Position numbers and translations under genes: made by a program. From Chrysomallon squamiferum (taxonomy: Eukaryota > Animalia > Mollusca), in NCBI GenBank assembly GCA_012295275.1, contig CM022670.1, positions 15,314,001 to 15,378,000 on the forward strand: a DNA stretch of 64,000 nt, written 5' to 3'. The notes under the pieces were generated by a model that searched no databases, had not been told where the DNA came from, and saw only the letters and a program-made list of their open reading frames with translations. Below, piece after piece: positions 14,385 to 27,583 of this stretch. The first letter of the stretch is position 1. Each line of letters opens with the position of its first letter.

Positions 14385-15122
14385 AATGTTGCTGTGAAAA
14401 TTAAACACAGGATTTCAAAAGACGGATCCGTTTGTGTCATGTTAAATATAGAATAAAGTTTTCCAGCAAACTTCTCTTGTTTGTCTTTTTAAATATGTAT
14501 TTGATTATTACTCAGACATTAACAGTTTTAGTCAAAAACGTCGGATGGTTTAAAGTTTAGAAACGAATTTTGGAATTTATGTAAGAGAAATTTCGAGAGA
14601 ACAAGGAATTTGTAATCAAAGAAAAACAAACAAACAAACAAACAAATAATAAAAAATACCAAAAATCCAAGTCTTTCATCTCAGCGATGTTGTTAGACTT
14701 CAAACGGTAACCGCAGACATAAACGAATTTTATAAAATTATGAGAGAAATTTCAAGAGGAAAAGAAATTCGCAATTAAAGATCTGAAGAATAGTTTCAAA
14801 GTATGTGTCAGCATAGACATCCTTTTATTTAGTTGTTTTACGCAGTGATACTTACATGACTTTTATGGTTGAGCAGAGTGTTAAATTTTGTTTATATTTG
14901 TACTGGCAATGTTATCAAAACAAAACCACACGAAGAATCTATTTATATCCTGTGCTGTTTTACATGACTTGATTAAAAAAACTTAATATTTAAAAACCAT
15001 CACATTACTGTTTAAATTAAACATTCTTTCTGGCTCTTAGTTATGTGATTTCTGATAATAAAATATTTTCACTGAATTCTTCATGGCTTAAATCAGACGC
15101 ATGACTAGTGTTTGTGAAGTGT

Positions 15123-15170
<48 letters not shown>

Positions 15171-15809
15171 ACTTCTGTTTTCTGTAATACGAAGTCTGAA
15201 GAAACTGAAATTATGTAATGTTATTATTTTTACTCTCTGTTGTAGTTTTAACTTTATTCTGTTGTTTAATTTCCAAAATTCACCTTGCAACACACCTTTG
15301 TGTCAATATTTTATTTAAAGTCAGTTTCCTGAAGTCAAGGTTTGTACGTGTTTACTGAAGTCAATAAGTAATCAGCCATATTCGAGTCATATCCAGTAAA
15401 CAAGCAGTTAAAACAAGCAAATTGTTGGATATATAATCATTATATATTAATTTATATTGACAAATGAAAAACTAAAAAATAATAAAATAACACTAGTTTG
15501 ATCCACTTGAGATGTATTTTGAAATGTTAAAAGTAGAAATAGAGAAAGTGAGAGACAGACTGACAGAGAGAATTAGAAATCTGACTTTATTATCAAGTAT
15601 AACACTATTTTAAACGTAATTAAGGAATCACATATTAATTTTTATAAAATGAAAAAGAAATATTCAAAGTTAAAGGATTTTTATTAAAACAGAAATCATT
15701 TACTACTGTAAATAGTTAATTAAACAAAGTTACATAAAACGAGTTTGGAAGTGTAAGTTAATGTAATAATTTGTTAACAGTTCTATACCAGCGTAATCTC
15801 AATGAATTG

Positions 15810-16000
15810 TTATTTCACAGTTAGATCAGAACCAAATAAAATAAAATAAAATAAAATAAAATAAAACATTAACATTTATTTCACAGTTAAATCAGAACCA
15901 AATAAAATAAAATAAAATAAAACATTAACATTTATTTCACAGTTAGATCAAAACCAAATAAAATAAAATAAAATAAAATAAAATAAAAGATTAACATTTA
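15810..16000. repeat. Minisatellite, three ~55-70 bp units with internal (AAAAT)n
   Basis: ATTTCACAGTTAGATCAGAACCAAATAAAA...ATTAACATTT repeated three times. Confidence 0.8.
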
Positions 16001-16602
16001 GGGAACTGGGATAATATATTGCTCACGAAATAAAAGAGATATATGGATTTTGAATATGTGAATCAGAGGACATCTTAGAACATTCTCAAATGTAAGTAGT
16101 ATGTTCTGAATTAGTCATTCTGTATTCTGTGTTCCGCTTGCTAAATATTTCCGTCATTTATACTTCACGAGGAAACCTTTTATTCTCAGCAAACGATTCT
16201 CCTATATAACAGGTTCTGCTATCTAATTCCGCAAACGAAATCTCTTTACAGAGAAGTTTGTACTCTAAAAACTTTCATACAAAAATGTCAGACATTTCGT
16301 ATTTATCGTCAACTTGACCTTTTCCGTATTTAACCTATATCTGTTACTGTGACATTCAGATACAGTTATCAAAGGTCATTTCGGAATAATGACATAACAG
16401 TAAAAGGGAAGGTTACAAAATGTCACAGAAATGATTACTTATATCATCATCATCATTGTCATCATCATTAGACGATGTTGTTTTTTTGTCATTTTTTGTC
16501 ATTTCTTTCTCTTTTTACTCATATTTTTTCACATTTCTGCCATATATTTATTGCGCTTACTACTACTACTATTAGTACTACTACCACTACTAGTAGTAGT
16601 AA

Positions 16603-16661
<59 letters not shown>

Positions 16662-18290
16662 ATAACATTAATAGGTCTACGCTTACAGACTGATTACTAC
16701 AGCTACTGCTGTTCAGCTAATAACCACTACTACTATTACTACAACAATTCTATAAGGACAACAAAATTTAAAAAAAATATTATTTTAGTAATATTAGTTT
16801 AGATACATTATTGTCTGTACGTATGCAGTACTATTTAATATTTAGACCAGAATATAAATAAAAATAATAATAAGAAGAAGAAGAGTAATGATGATGATAA
16901 TAACGGTGATGATGATGATAAAACAACAGCAACAACAAACAACAACAACAGTAATAATAACAATAATAACAACAACAATAACAATAAAATAGTAGTAAGT
17001 GCTGCGCCGTAAATCTAAAAGTTTGTTATTGTTGATGATGATTACGATAATAATAATAACGATGACAGCAACAATAACAACAACAACAACAATAATGGTA
17101 ATAATAATAATAACAATAACAATAAAAGGGTGTGGTAGTAGTCAGTGCGGTGTCTTTTAATCTGAAAGTATGTTACTGGTGTAGAACAGGAAAGACAGAC
17201 AAAAAAGAAAAAAAAAAAAAAAAAAAAAAAAAAATAGGTGAACGACTTTATTTACAAGTGAAATCACAGCGAAAAACGATTAATAATATACTGCTGTACA
17301 TAAGTTTCTGACAAGTTTGACCTTGGGTTGACATCATGCATGCATGGAAAGGTTAAACAAAAACAAGAAAGAAAAAAAGACGTTGAAGCAGCAACAGGCA
17401 TTTTTGTAAAGTTTAATAATGAAACTTACTGACTATAGGTCTGTTTTTCTTTTAAAATTAAAACCAGACAAATAAACAAAAACAAACAAGAAAAAGAAAA
17501 AAGGAAGCAGACTTTGTTGTGTACAATAGCCATTTTTATTTTAAAGTTTAAGAATGAAAATTCTCCTGTGTAACATATTCTTTGTTTGTTTGTTAAGATG
17601 TATATTTATTTTCATATTCAAGTATCTACAGCTACACTGGCTAGATAAGCTCATGAATGATAAACAATACGTATATTGTAATATTATTACGTGTTGTGGG
17701 ATACCAGCTTTCAAACAGCTGTCGTGGAAATTAGACTTTCAAAAACAGTGTTGTTTCATTGCAGTAAATATTATGTGTTTATGCTCGTGTGTACGTGTTG
17801 TGAATTTTAAAATGACGAATGATGTTAGTTTCACCAGAGTTAAAAATAAAATTCATGCTATTTTAATTGTACATTAATCTTAAATGACGAAACGATGACT
17901 CAAACGGGAAATTTTCAAGGAATGATTAAATAGTTTCCTTCAGATTATTAATATAAAAGGAACGTCTTGAAACTATTCCTCATCGCAGTCTTGTTTCAAA
18001 GTCTTCACCCTTGTGGGCAAATCGTAAGTATTTCACTTGATTTTGTTGCTAGCACGAACTGTTAGCTGTATAATAAATATATAAAGAGATTGTTTTCGTT
18101 TGTTGAGAAAACGTTTGTTTACGTCTTTTTAGATATTGTTTTTAATAACTCGTCAGTCAACCAGTGTTTTGTTTTCAAGTTAAGCAGTAATGTATTTAGC
18201 AGATTAGAAGAGATTTACATAATTTTATTATAATTTATTCATACTTTTTTGTTGTTCTTCTTGTTTACTTGTGAACAGATTTTGAGTGTC

Positions 18291-18339
<49 letters not shown>

Positions 18340-18739
18340 ATTTTCCAAAACATTCTATAAATGTGTATTGCAATATAATTGTGCGTCACATTTTTCTTCT
18401 GTTTGTTTTTTTTGTTTTTATCTTGTTTTTATTTTTTGTTGCTACTGTTGTTGTTTTTCCTTTTTATTTATTTATTTCGTTTTCCTTTCTTTCTTTTTTT
18501 TTTTTTTTTATTATATTAAAATAAACCAGGTCAGTTTTGAACATAAGATCTATTTTATATTAATTTCTACAATAACTTAATCAAATTAAATTACGTACAA
18601 TTGTTATTATCAGCTTTGCTATATTTCTGTGTAAAAATAACTTCTGAACCGAACAAGGAACGAGTACTCGTATAGTTTACACATAATTAATTTTTATTTA
18701 TTTATAATTTAAAACTTGTCACGTTTTCAGAGTTCAAAA

Positions 18740-18895
18740 ATGATGAACTTCATACTCGTCTTGTTGTTGATCTGCCTGGTGATTGCCTCTGTTTCAAGTC
18801 ACATTATTGGTTACGGATATTACCCTGGTTACTACGGCTGGGGATATCCCTTACTTGGCAACTATGGTTACGGATATGGCGGATACTGGTTTTGA
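18740..18895 (+). CDS. Secreted Gly/Tyr-rich peptide, divergent family A copy A5 (51 aa; not in ORF track)
   Basis: MMNFILVLLLICLVIASVSS-HIIGYGYYPGYYGWGYPLLGNYGYGYGGYWF*. Same cag|AGTTCAAAA-ATGATG context. TATAAAA at 17952, exon-1 donor at 18024, donor at 18900 just after the stop, probable 3' exon from 19246 with AATAAA near 19325. Confidence 0.88.
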   Translation: MMNFILVLLLICLVIASVSSHIIGYGYYPGYYGWGYPLLGNYGYGYGGYWF

Positions 18896-20279
18896 AAATG
18901 TAAGCGATTATTAGTTTCCTTTGGATACACACACCCTTTTTTTTCCTATTTCGATAAAAAGAACACATTCATGGAAGTTAATATTAAATTAAGACTGAAA
19001 TTAATATAAATTAATTGCAAAATTTACCCCCCCAAAAAAAAAAAAAAGATTAAAAGAATCATTAAATACCGTTGTTTTTATTTTTGTTGTTCTTGTTATT
19101 TTTTTATTATTATTATTATTATTATTTTTTTTTTCTGTTTTTGATGATTTCATATATATTTATTTTAATATTAATTTTTGGGTCGTTTTTAGAGTTTCAT
19201 TTACAATATCATTTTAAAGTTATGTTATAAATTTCTTTTGACCAGGCGATCATCAAAGCTGTAAGCCATAGCACTGGTGAAGAAAGTCGCCTCCGACAAA
19301 TGTAACAGCTCAGATACAGTTGCAAATAAAATAAGAAAGCACCATTTAGTTAATTTTTACTTTTATTTTTATTTTGTTTTTAAATTTTGTTGGGGGGAGT
19401 GGGTAAATATATAGCCAGTGACACAATTAAGATATGCCAAAAATCGCGCGCGCAAATGGGGGGCGTCAGATGTATTTTTATGTGTTTGTATAATGCGTTT
19501 ATGTGTTGTACGTGTGTTGGTGTACAGTGTATGTTTATATTTTTGTTTATGTGCATATATTTATTTCTGTGTGTATGTGCGCGCGTGTATATGTGCATGT
19601 GTGTGTTGTGTGCATGTGTGTGTGTATGTGTGTGTGTTTATGTGTTTGAGGATGTTGGTTTCTTCTTCTTTTTGAATGTATGTATTTTGTTTTTTGTGTA
19701 TCTGTCTTTCCTTGTATTGGTTTGCGTGGGATTTTTGTGTCCATTTGTGTGTGTTAGGCTGCATATACATATCTGTATATATATAGATATATATATATAT
19801 ATACATGTTCTCGTATGCGTCTGTTCAGTTTATTTGTGTTTGTATATGTCTATTAGTATATGCATGTATGCATGTGCATTATTGGTGCATCTGTTAGTGT
19901 GTACGTGTGACTACGGACACCACATTTGAATACGGCTTCATCGTTATAATTTATAGTTATTATAAAGAGTTCGGTGTTGTTTACACGAGTTCACTATTAA
20001 TATAAATTAAAATAAAATAATAAAATTATATCTTTTTTATACAGAACAAGACAAAGTGTAAATTTTAAAGAAGATTTATTTTACATGATACTTTGTACAA
20101 CAAATGCGGCGATTTTCTGGTTTTCAACGACATTATCTTCGGGACTGCTCAAAATCTGTGAAAAATAAAGTAAGGACAATAAATAAATAAATAAACAAGG
20201 AAATAAGGAAAGAAGGAAAGAAGGAAAGAAAGAAATAATTACATAAATAATAATAATAATAATAGTAGTAGTAGTAGTA

Positions 20280-20324
<45 letters not shown>

Positions 20325-20490
20325 TTAAAATTAATAATAATGAATAACGCTTCATTATTTAAAATATTGTGTTTGTAGTGTTAACATTCTCATACATATT
20401 AAAAAATAACAGTAGTAAATGAGCTGTAACAAAACAATAGGGACAACATCATCAGCAATTACAACAACAACAACAAATACTTACATTAAT

Positions 20491-20712
20491 TTAATAATAT
20501 CCATATCCGTATCCACCCATGTTTCCATAGAGACCGAGGTTTCCGATGTAGTCCATGTTTCTGTACATGCCCATGTTCATTCCCATTCCCAGTGGATATC
20601 CTCCAAAGCGACCGCCGTAGCGACTGCCGTAACGACTGCCGTAGGTGTAGCTGCTTGAAACTGTGGCAACAACCATACAGACCAGAAAAACGACAACCAG
20701 GAGCTTCATCAT
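20491..20712 (-). CDS. Secreted Gly/Tyr/Met-rich peptide, family B copy B1 (73 aa)
   Basis: MMKLLVVVFLVCMVVATVSS-SYTYGSRYGSRYGGRFGGYPLGMGMNMGMYRNMDYIGNLGLYGNMGGYGYGYY*. Splice acceptor just upstream and donor just after the stop. Type-X promoter (TATA ~21435) and type-X 3' exon (~20155-20060). Confidence 0.9.
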   Translation of the reverse strand: MMKLLVVVFLVCMVVATVSSSYTYGSRYGSRYGGRFGGYPLGMGMNMGMYRNMDYIGNLGLYGNMGGYGYGYY

Positions 20713-21789
20713 TTTGTTGATCTGTGAAAACGTAAGTAAAAAACAAAATTAAATATAAAACATATTACTAATAACAGTTCTACGTTTAATAAAGTAATTA
20801 ACGATTGAATAATATAAACTGTGTATATTTTTTTTATAAAGTATTGCTGCATGTGCACCTGCTGTTATTAATTTTGACACTACAAGAACTACTACTGCTA
20901 CTATTCCTACTAATATACTAGCTACTACTCATGCTACTACTACTACTACTACTCCTTTACTAGTACTACTACTCTGTTACTACAGCTCTTGCTACAGCAG
21001 CTACTACTACTACTACTAGTATTATTGTTGCTATTTTGTTCATCTTTGAGAAATAAGTAAAGAACAACTACATTATTAGGGCTGTCCTAGTTTAAGAATT
21101 TCGTCCTATATGCAAAAGTAGTACAGTCCAGAATTTGATTTCATTTTGAGAATATAATTAAAGAATGGAAAATTCATTTAAAAATGTGAAATGAGAGTAA
21201 CAGAATAACACGTAGGTATTTTAAATACTTGTAGTATAAGAATTTCGTCCTATATGCAAAAGTAGTACAGTCCAGAATGTTAGGATTCAAACATTTTGAT
21301 AGCCTACTAAATTTTATTGTTAGAGAGAGAGAGAGATTAAAACAGTGTATACTTACCAGAACTTTTCTTCAAGATGTGAATTCTCAAAAGGTGAATGTGA
21401 ATGACGCTGAAAATCTAGAAAAAACGTTATTTTATACAAAAATTGTCGGGTAAAAAGAAGGAAATGTCTGTCATTGGTAAGTTCGTAGTTTGATTTCACT
21501 ACCAGTGCTTCCGTGTAGTTCTTAATTTGTGTACGTAACAGACTGATACAAAGATCAAATGTGACCTATTTTTGTCACACAAATATAACAAATGTTTCTA
21601 ACGAAACCTACATCTTGACATGGCAGAAGATGTGAATAAAAGGTAGTGAATAGCGGAAGCATTTTTGATATCATATTTTAGTGTCATTGTCCTAACGTTA
21701 ATCTTCTCACATGATATTTTTTACTTCGTTAATATTACACAGCATTCGCAGTAAATAATGGGCTTGAGTTTTAGAAAACTGGTACTGTT

Positions 21790-21878
<89 letters not shown>

Positions 21879-22050
21879 CCGAAATGCGTAATAACTGCAC
21901 TATTTTACTCAGTTTAATAAAGCTGATTAATTTCTAGAGAAGAATTTTATAATATCGGAAAGAATTTTTTAATATTGTAATTGTTGTGATAATAATAAAT
22001 ATATGTATATATATATATTTAAATTTATATAATATACTTCTTATTTTATG

Positions 22051-22085
<35 letters not shown>

Positions 22086-22346
22086 CTTTTGTTCGCCGTT
22101 CACTGTTTTTTCTTCTTCTCTTTCTTCCATTATCGTGACAGCGGTAAAGAAAATATTACGTATATAAACAATAAAAGTTTCCACTACTGTACAAAGTGCA
22201 CTGTTTCTTACTGTGATTAATGAGCTGACAGAAACATACAAAGATGTTGACAGAGAAGGAAGTTTATTTTTTGTTTCGTGGTTTGGCCATGTAATTTTTC
22301 AAAAACTCTGAATTATTATTACGTATGCTTGGTACTAACACGTCAA

Positions 22347-22565
22347 CAGTGGCGTGCAGAGGGCGGAACCGAAAGGGCGGTGGCCCCGGGCATCCAGTCA
22401 AAGAAATAAACTTAATAAATTTGGTTGATTTATATTTAAATCGAATCAATTGTTTATTTTTTATGTTCCATGTGTGTTTACATATTCAAAATTTCTTCCT
22501 CTCTTTGGGGAAAACAATCGGTGAGTTGGCCCCGGGCATCATCACCACACCTCTGCACGCCACAG
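22347..22565. mobile_element. hAT-like MITE (219 bp) with ~15-bp TIRs and 8-bp target-site duplication
   Basis: Starts CAGTGGCGTGCAGAG and ends CTCTGCACGCCACAG (1 mismatch). Flanked by CACGTCAA (22339-22346) and CACATCAA (22566-22573). The paralogous spacer at ~28010-28035 is the empty site (TAACACATCAAACAATGAC). 8-bp TSDs are typical of hAT elements. Confidence 0.85.
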
Positions 22566-23308
22566 CACATCAAACAATGACGTAACAACAGTAATTAAGA
22601 TTAGGAAGTAATAATATACTGCTGCTAACAAGAGAAGTAGAATTAAGTTAGTGGTATAACTAGTAGTATTAGTAGTAGTAGAAATAGTGGTAAAAGAAGT
22701 AACAATAGTGGAAATTAAAATTGATTATATTAGGAATGTTAATAGCAGTGACAGATTTAATTGTAATAGTTTATTTTTAAAAACAGACTAAACCACGATA
22801 TAAAGTTTACAGAGCATATGTATAAATATAATGTTAACGACAGCGAATCGCATCTTAAATGTATTGAGAAATGAGAAATTTTTTTTCCATATATTTTCAT
22901 TTCTTGACATATTCTGTTGTTTTACTTATAATTTATTCGTATTACTAAGCGAAAACAGAACATCCTTGATAAATGACGAAGTCAAAAAGTAGCTCACACT
23001 TGTTAGAAATCTGGGTAATGTTTGATCAACTAATACAGATCCAGATTAATATAAAACGAGGAAATAGTACCACAGAGAATACTAAACAAATTAATCATTT
23101 CCTCTCAAAGATCTATATAAAAAGTACTTGAGTCTAAATGTTAAGAATCATTCACTTATAGCCTTTTGAGATTTCACATCTTGTAACAGAAAACTTGTAA
23201 GTATTATGCACATACTTCACGTTTAAATAGGATAAAAAATCAGCAAGTGAAGTCATTAAAATGTAATGTAATATTTAATTTTGTTTTTTACTTTCGCAGA
23301 TCAACAAA

Positions 23309-23542
23309 ATGATGAAGCTCCTGGTTGTCGTGTTTTTGGTCTGTATGGTTGTTGCCACAGTTTCAAGCAGCTACACCTACGGCAGTCGCTACGGCAGTCG
23401 CTTCGGCGGACGCTATGGAGGATATCCATTGGGAATGAGAATGAACATGGGTATGTACAGAAACATGGACTACATCGGAAACCTCGGTCTCTATCGAAAC
23501 ATGGGTGGATACGGATACGGATATGGATATGGATATGATTAA
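23309..23542 (+). CDS. Family B copy B2 (77 aa variant)
   Basis: Intact ORF with two G>R changes (GMRMN, LYRNM) and an extended ...GYGYGYGYD end. Type-Y promoter (TATA ~23115) and type-Y 3' exon from ~23959. Confidence 0.9.
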   Translation: MMKLLVVVFLVCMVVATVSSSYTYGSRYGSRFGGRYGGYPLGMRMNMGMYRNMDYIGNLGLYRNMGGYGYGYGYGYD

Positions 23543-24156
23543 AGTAAAGTAAGTATTTGTTGCTGTCGATGTTGTTATTACTATTTTTATTACTAATGTA
23601 TAGAGAGAGTTATAAATAATACAAAACAAATTAATACTAATATTAAAAGTAAAAATACTAAATAAGGATAGATATTCAATAAATATTTTTATCTGAAAGT
23701 AATATTTCTATACCTATGTGCAATGCAAAACACATAAATGGCATTTTTACAGCACAGTGGCTATTTTTAATGCAGTATTCTAAAAATATATTACTATGCA
23801 ATATTTTTTTTTTTTTGTTAATGTTTATATTTATTAAAGTTTATATTTGTTAAAGATTATATTTGTGAAATTTTATATTTGTTAAAGTGTGTATTGGTAT
23901 AAAGTTTATATTTGTGAAAGTTTATATTTGTTAAAGTTTATATTTGTTGTTGTTACAGATGATGATGAGTACCTGAAGAGAACGACGTGGTTGACTGAAG
24001 AAAAGTTTTGAAAATAAATTTGTAATTAGTGTACAGTCTCATATGAAAATAAAATTCTTCAGAAAAATTATAATTTGTTTTGTTTAGTTTTCTGTAAGAT
24101 GTTTTGTCCAAGACCTTTGGGTGGATATTATCAACAGAAAATAATAACAATAGCAT

Positions 24157-24203
<47 letters not shown>

Positions 24204-24732
24204 ATAATAAATAATAAGAAGAACAATAACAAAAACAAGGATAACAACAACAACATAAAGAACAGTTTAGCATTGTTTATGAATAAATATTTGGTGTCTT
24301 CTAAAATATTACACAGTGTTTCTCTAACTAGATCTAAAAATTAACTATTATCAGAAGAAAAAGAAATAACAATAGAAGAAAATAAACACAGAAAGAAATG
24401 ATTATATATTAAATTTGTTGATAGTACAATATGTGCATTATCTGCAGAAAATAAAAATAAAACAACAACAACAAAATATTTTTATTAATCAGTTAGGTAG
24501 GTTATAATATATGTAACATATATAAAGCAAGGACACATCAGGTTTTTTTATAATGGTTGAGATGTGGTATTCAATGTAATATATTTTCATATGTTTTTAA
24601 GCGATACATTACTGAATTACTAATCAGAATTATCGTTCAGTTTTTAGTATTTTTATTTTGTGTTGCATTTATCTAATACGGCAATGGAAAAGAAATTTTG
24701 TTTTAAAATATCTTATTTATTTATTCATTCAT

Positions 24733-24797
<65 letters not shown>

Positions 24798-25194
24798 TAA
24801 TGTTTTGACATATGTCATCAAAATGGCTTTATTTGCTTTTCCTAAAGTTTTTTTTTTAGTTTTTAGTATCATCCCGAATTACAATTGATTTAGCTTTTTA
24901 AAAGGCCACTCAAATTACACTTTTAATTTTTTTTTTTTTTTTTTTCAATTTATTATTAGTTTCTCATTTATTAAAATACCAATGGTAGTTTCATCTATAT
25001 CATATTCTAAATTTTTATTCTAATAAAACCATTACACTAATTTTTATAAACATAATAGTTTACAGTTGAAAAAAATTGCAAATAATAATAAAATGAATGT
25101 TTTCTGCAACGAGTCCAGAAGAGAGCAACACGCACTGCGACTAGAACATTAAATCGCAGTCACAACTGGCTAGTACTGATGGAGCCAACTGGTT

Positions 25195-25450
25195 CCCTGA
25201 GCACTGATCCACACATACAGTGCCTTGAACGATCGTTTTCCAGAGTACATCAAGGACATGCTGGAAGTGTACAGACCAAGTACGACTCTACGATCTCAGA
25301 ACTGATTAAGACTAGTAACACTAAGAATAAGAACAACTACAAATAGACAGAGATGTTTCAGTTTTGTTGCACCGACTTTGGGAAACTCACTCCCAAGTAA
25401 CATCAACCAAGCTACATTCAAAACACTACTAAAGACCCATTTCTTTCAAA
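25195..25450 (+). mobile_element. LINE (L2/CR1-like) ORF2 C-terminal fragment
   Basis: Translates approximately to ALNDRFPEYIKDMLEVYRPSTTLRS...RCFSFVAPTLGNSLP...TFKTLLKTHFF. This resembles the P-x-R-x-LRS...FS-x-x-AP-x-LWNSLP...FK-x-x-LKTHLF tail of L2-clade elements. Contains a stop. Confidence 0.7.
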
Positions 25451-26212
25451 TACTGTTTATTATTACAGTTATGTTTTATTTTTACAATTTTAAAATGTTC
25501 AAGCTAGTCTATTAATTATTTTATAAATTTATAATATGTAAATTATTTATATTTACCACCGTTTTAACACGTCCACCATCATGTTTACACTTATTTTAAT
25601 ATGTTTAAGTCCATGTCTTGAACTTAAATAGATAGCACAGATAGCTTAGGATTTTGTAGCACTATTACACTAAATTTACTGCAAAATAAATAGGATCTCA
25701 TTCGTCAGACAAACATTAGTGAGATGTATAACTGAGATTATTATTTCTTAACTTGAATTTCACATTGAAACGTTAATTCCAAATACGTGTATATTTTCGG
25801 ATATTCAAATATATATGTATGTTTGTGTGTCTGTGTGTGTGCGTAAGTGTGTGTGTCTGTTTGTACGTTTGTGTCCGTTTGTACGTTTCTGTCCATTTGC
25901 GAGTATATATATATTTAACTCTGTGTTTGCAGATAGGTATTTGTGTTTATTTATGTGTTTGTGTGTTTGAATACCAGACATTTGAATTTTTGCCTGCTTG
26001 TTCCCTGTCATTATTCCTTCACTGTTTTCTTACACAATTTCACAATTAATAGGGTATGATACGTTTTTGAACAAGACAAAAACAAGATAAAAAGTAGATT
26101 TTAAATATGATTTATTTTATATGATTCTTTGTACAAATGCAGCGATTTTCTAGGTTTCTGTCAACATTGTCTTCGGGACTGGTTAAAATCTGTGAAAAAT
26201 AAAGAGCAATAA

Positions 26213-26256
<44 letters not shown>

Positions 26257-26485
26257 AACTAATAAATAAAATAAAAAATAATAATAATAATAATAAAATA
26301 TAGTGGTTTCAACTATATCATATTTAAAAATATTATTCTAATAAAACTATTAGTAATTTTTGTGCATTTGATGTTTCATAAGCATAATACTCTACAGAAT
26401 ATATAAAAAATTAATAAAAAAAATAATAATAAGAAGAAGAAGAAGAAGAAGAACGAAAACAACAACAACAAATACTTACATTACT

Positions 26486-26707
26486 TTAATAATATCCGTA
26501 TCCGTATCCACCCATGTTTCCATAGAGACCGAGGTTTCCGATGTAGTCCATGTTTCTGTACATACCCATGTTCATTCCCATTCCCAATGGATATCCTCCA
26601 TAGCGACCGCCGTAGCGACTGCCGTAGCGACTGCCGTAGGTGTAGCTGCTTGAGACTGTGGCAACAACCACACAGACCAAAAACACGACAACCAGGAGCT
26701 TCATCAT
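26486..26707 (-). CDS. Family B copy B3 (73 aa)
   Basis: Intact ORF with signal peptide MMKLLVVVFLVCVVVATVSS. Type-X promoter (~27185-27420) and type-X 3' exon (~26190). Confidence 0.9.
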   Translation of the reverse strand: MMKLLVVVFLVCVVVATVSSSYTYGSRYGSRYGGRYGGYPLGMGMNMGMYRNMDYIGNLGLYGNMGGYGYGYY

Positions 26708-26983
26708 TTTGTTGATCTGTGAAAACGTAAGTAAAAAACAAAATTACACAGTTTGCTATGATATTTTATATACGTTTAAGCTAACAGTTTCATATTAAAT
26801 TCAAGTTTTCACTGAAACCTTGATGGCCTATGTAAGCATTCCACCACTGATTTTTGTTTTCAGAAATAAAATAAAACGAGAGTAACAGAAAGATAAATGA
26901 ACCCATATACTGATGAATGAGAGGGACAGAAGTGAAAAACTTAGAAAGGAAGAACGTTGGAAGAGGAGATAAAGTGACTTTGC

Positions 26984-27167
<184 letters not shown>

Positions 27168-27492
27168 AAAACAATCTAAACTTACCGGAGTTGTTCTTTA
27201 AGATGTGAATTCTCAAAAGGTGAATGAGAATGACGCTAAAAATCTAGAAAAAACGTTATTTTATACAAAAATTGTCATGTAAAAAGAAGGAAATGTCTGT
27301 CATTGGTAAGTGCGTAGTTTGATTTCGCTACCAGTGCTTCCGTATAGATCTTAATTTGTGTACGTAACAGACTGATACAGAGATTAAGTGATAGCTATTT
27401 TTGTCACTCAAATATCAAATGTCTTTTCATGTCATATTTTTGTGTTTATTAATAATAATTATTCTTGGTAAACGTACTGGGCATTGGGAAAG

Positions 27493-27583
<91 letters not shown>

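Larger units (their letters stand above)
1..14600 (+). repeat. Tandem segmental duplication carrying family A genes
   Basis: 1-~3600 is near-identical to ~6880-10650 (e.g. ORFs 482/7432 and 1315/8305). ~2330-5570 is near-identical to ~10670-14010 (e.g. ORFs 3306/11707 and 3994/12397). Two upstream spacer types alternate. Confidence 0.9.

Noticed and set aside
15810-16000. CRISPR-like repeat-spacer pattern
   Set aside because: Eukaryotic context, spacers are (AAAAT)n rather than unique, and no cas genes are present.
21094-21278. ~42-bp direct repeat in B1 intron 1
   Set aside because: A local duplication with no element hallmarks and too long for a TSD.
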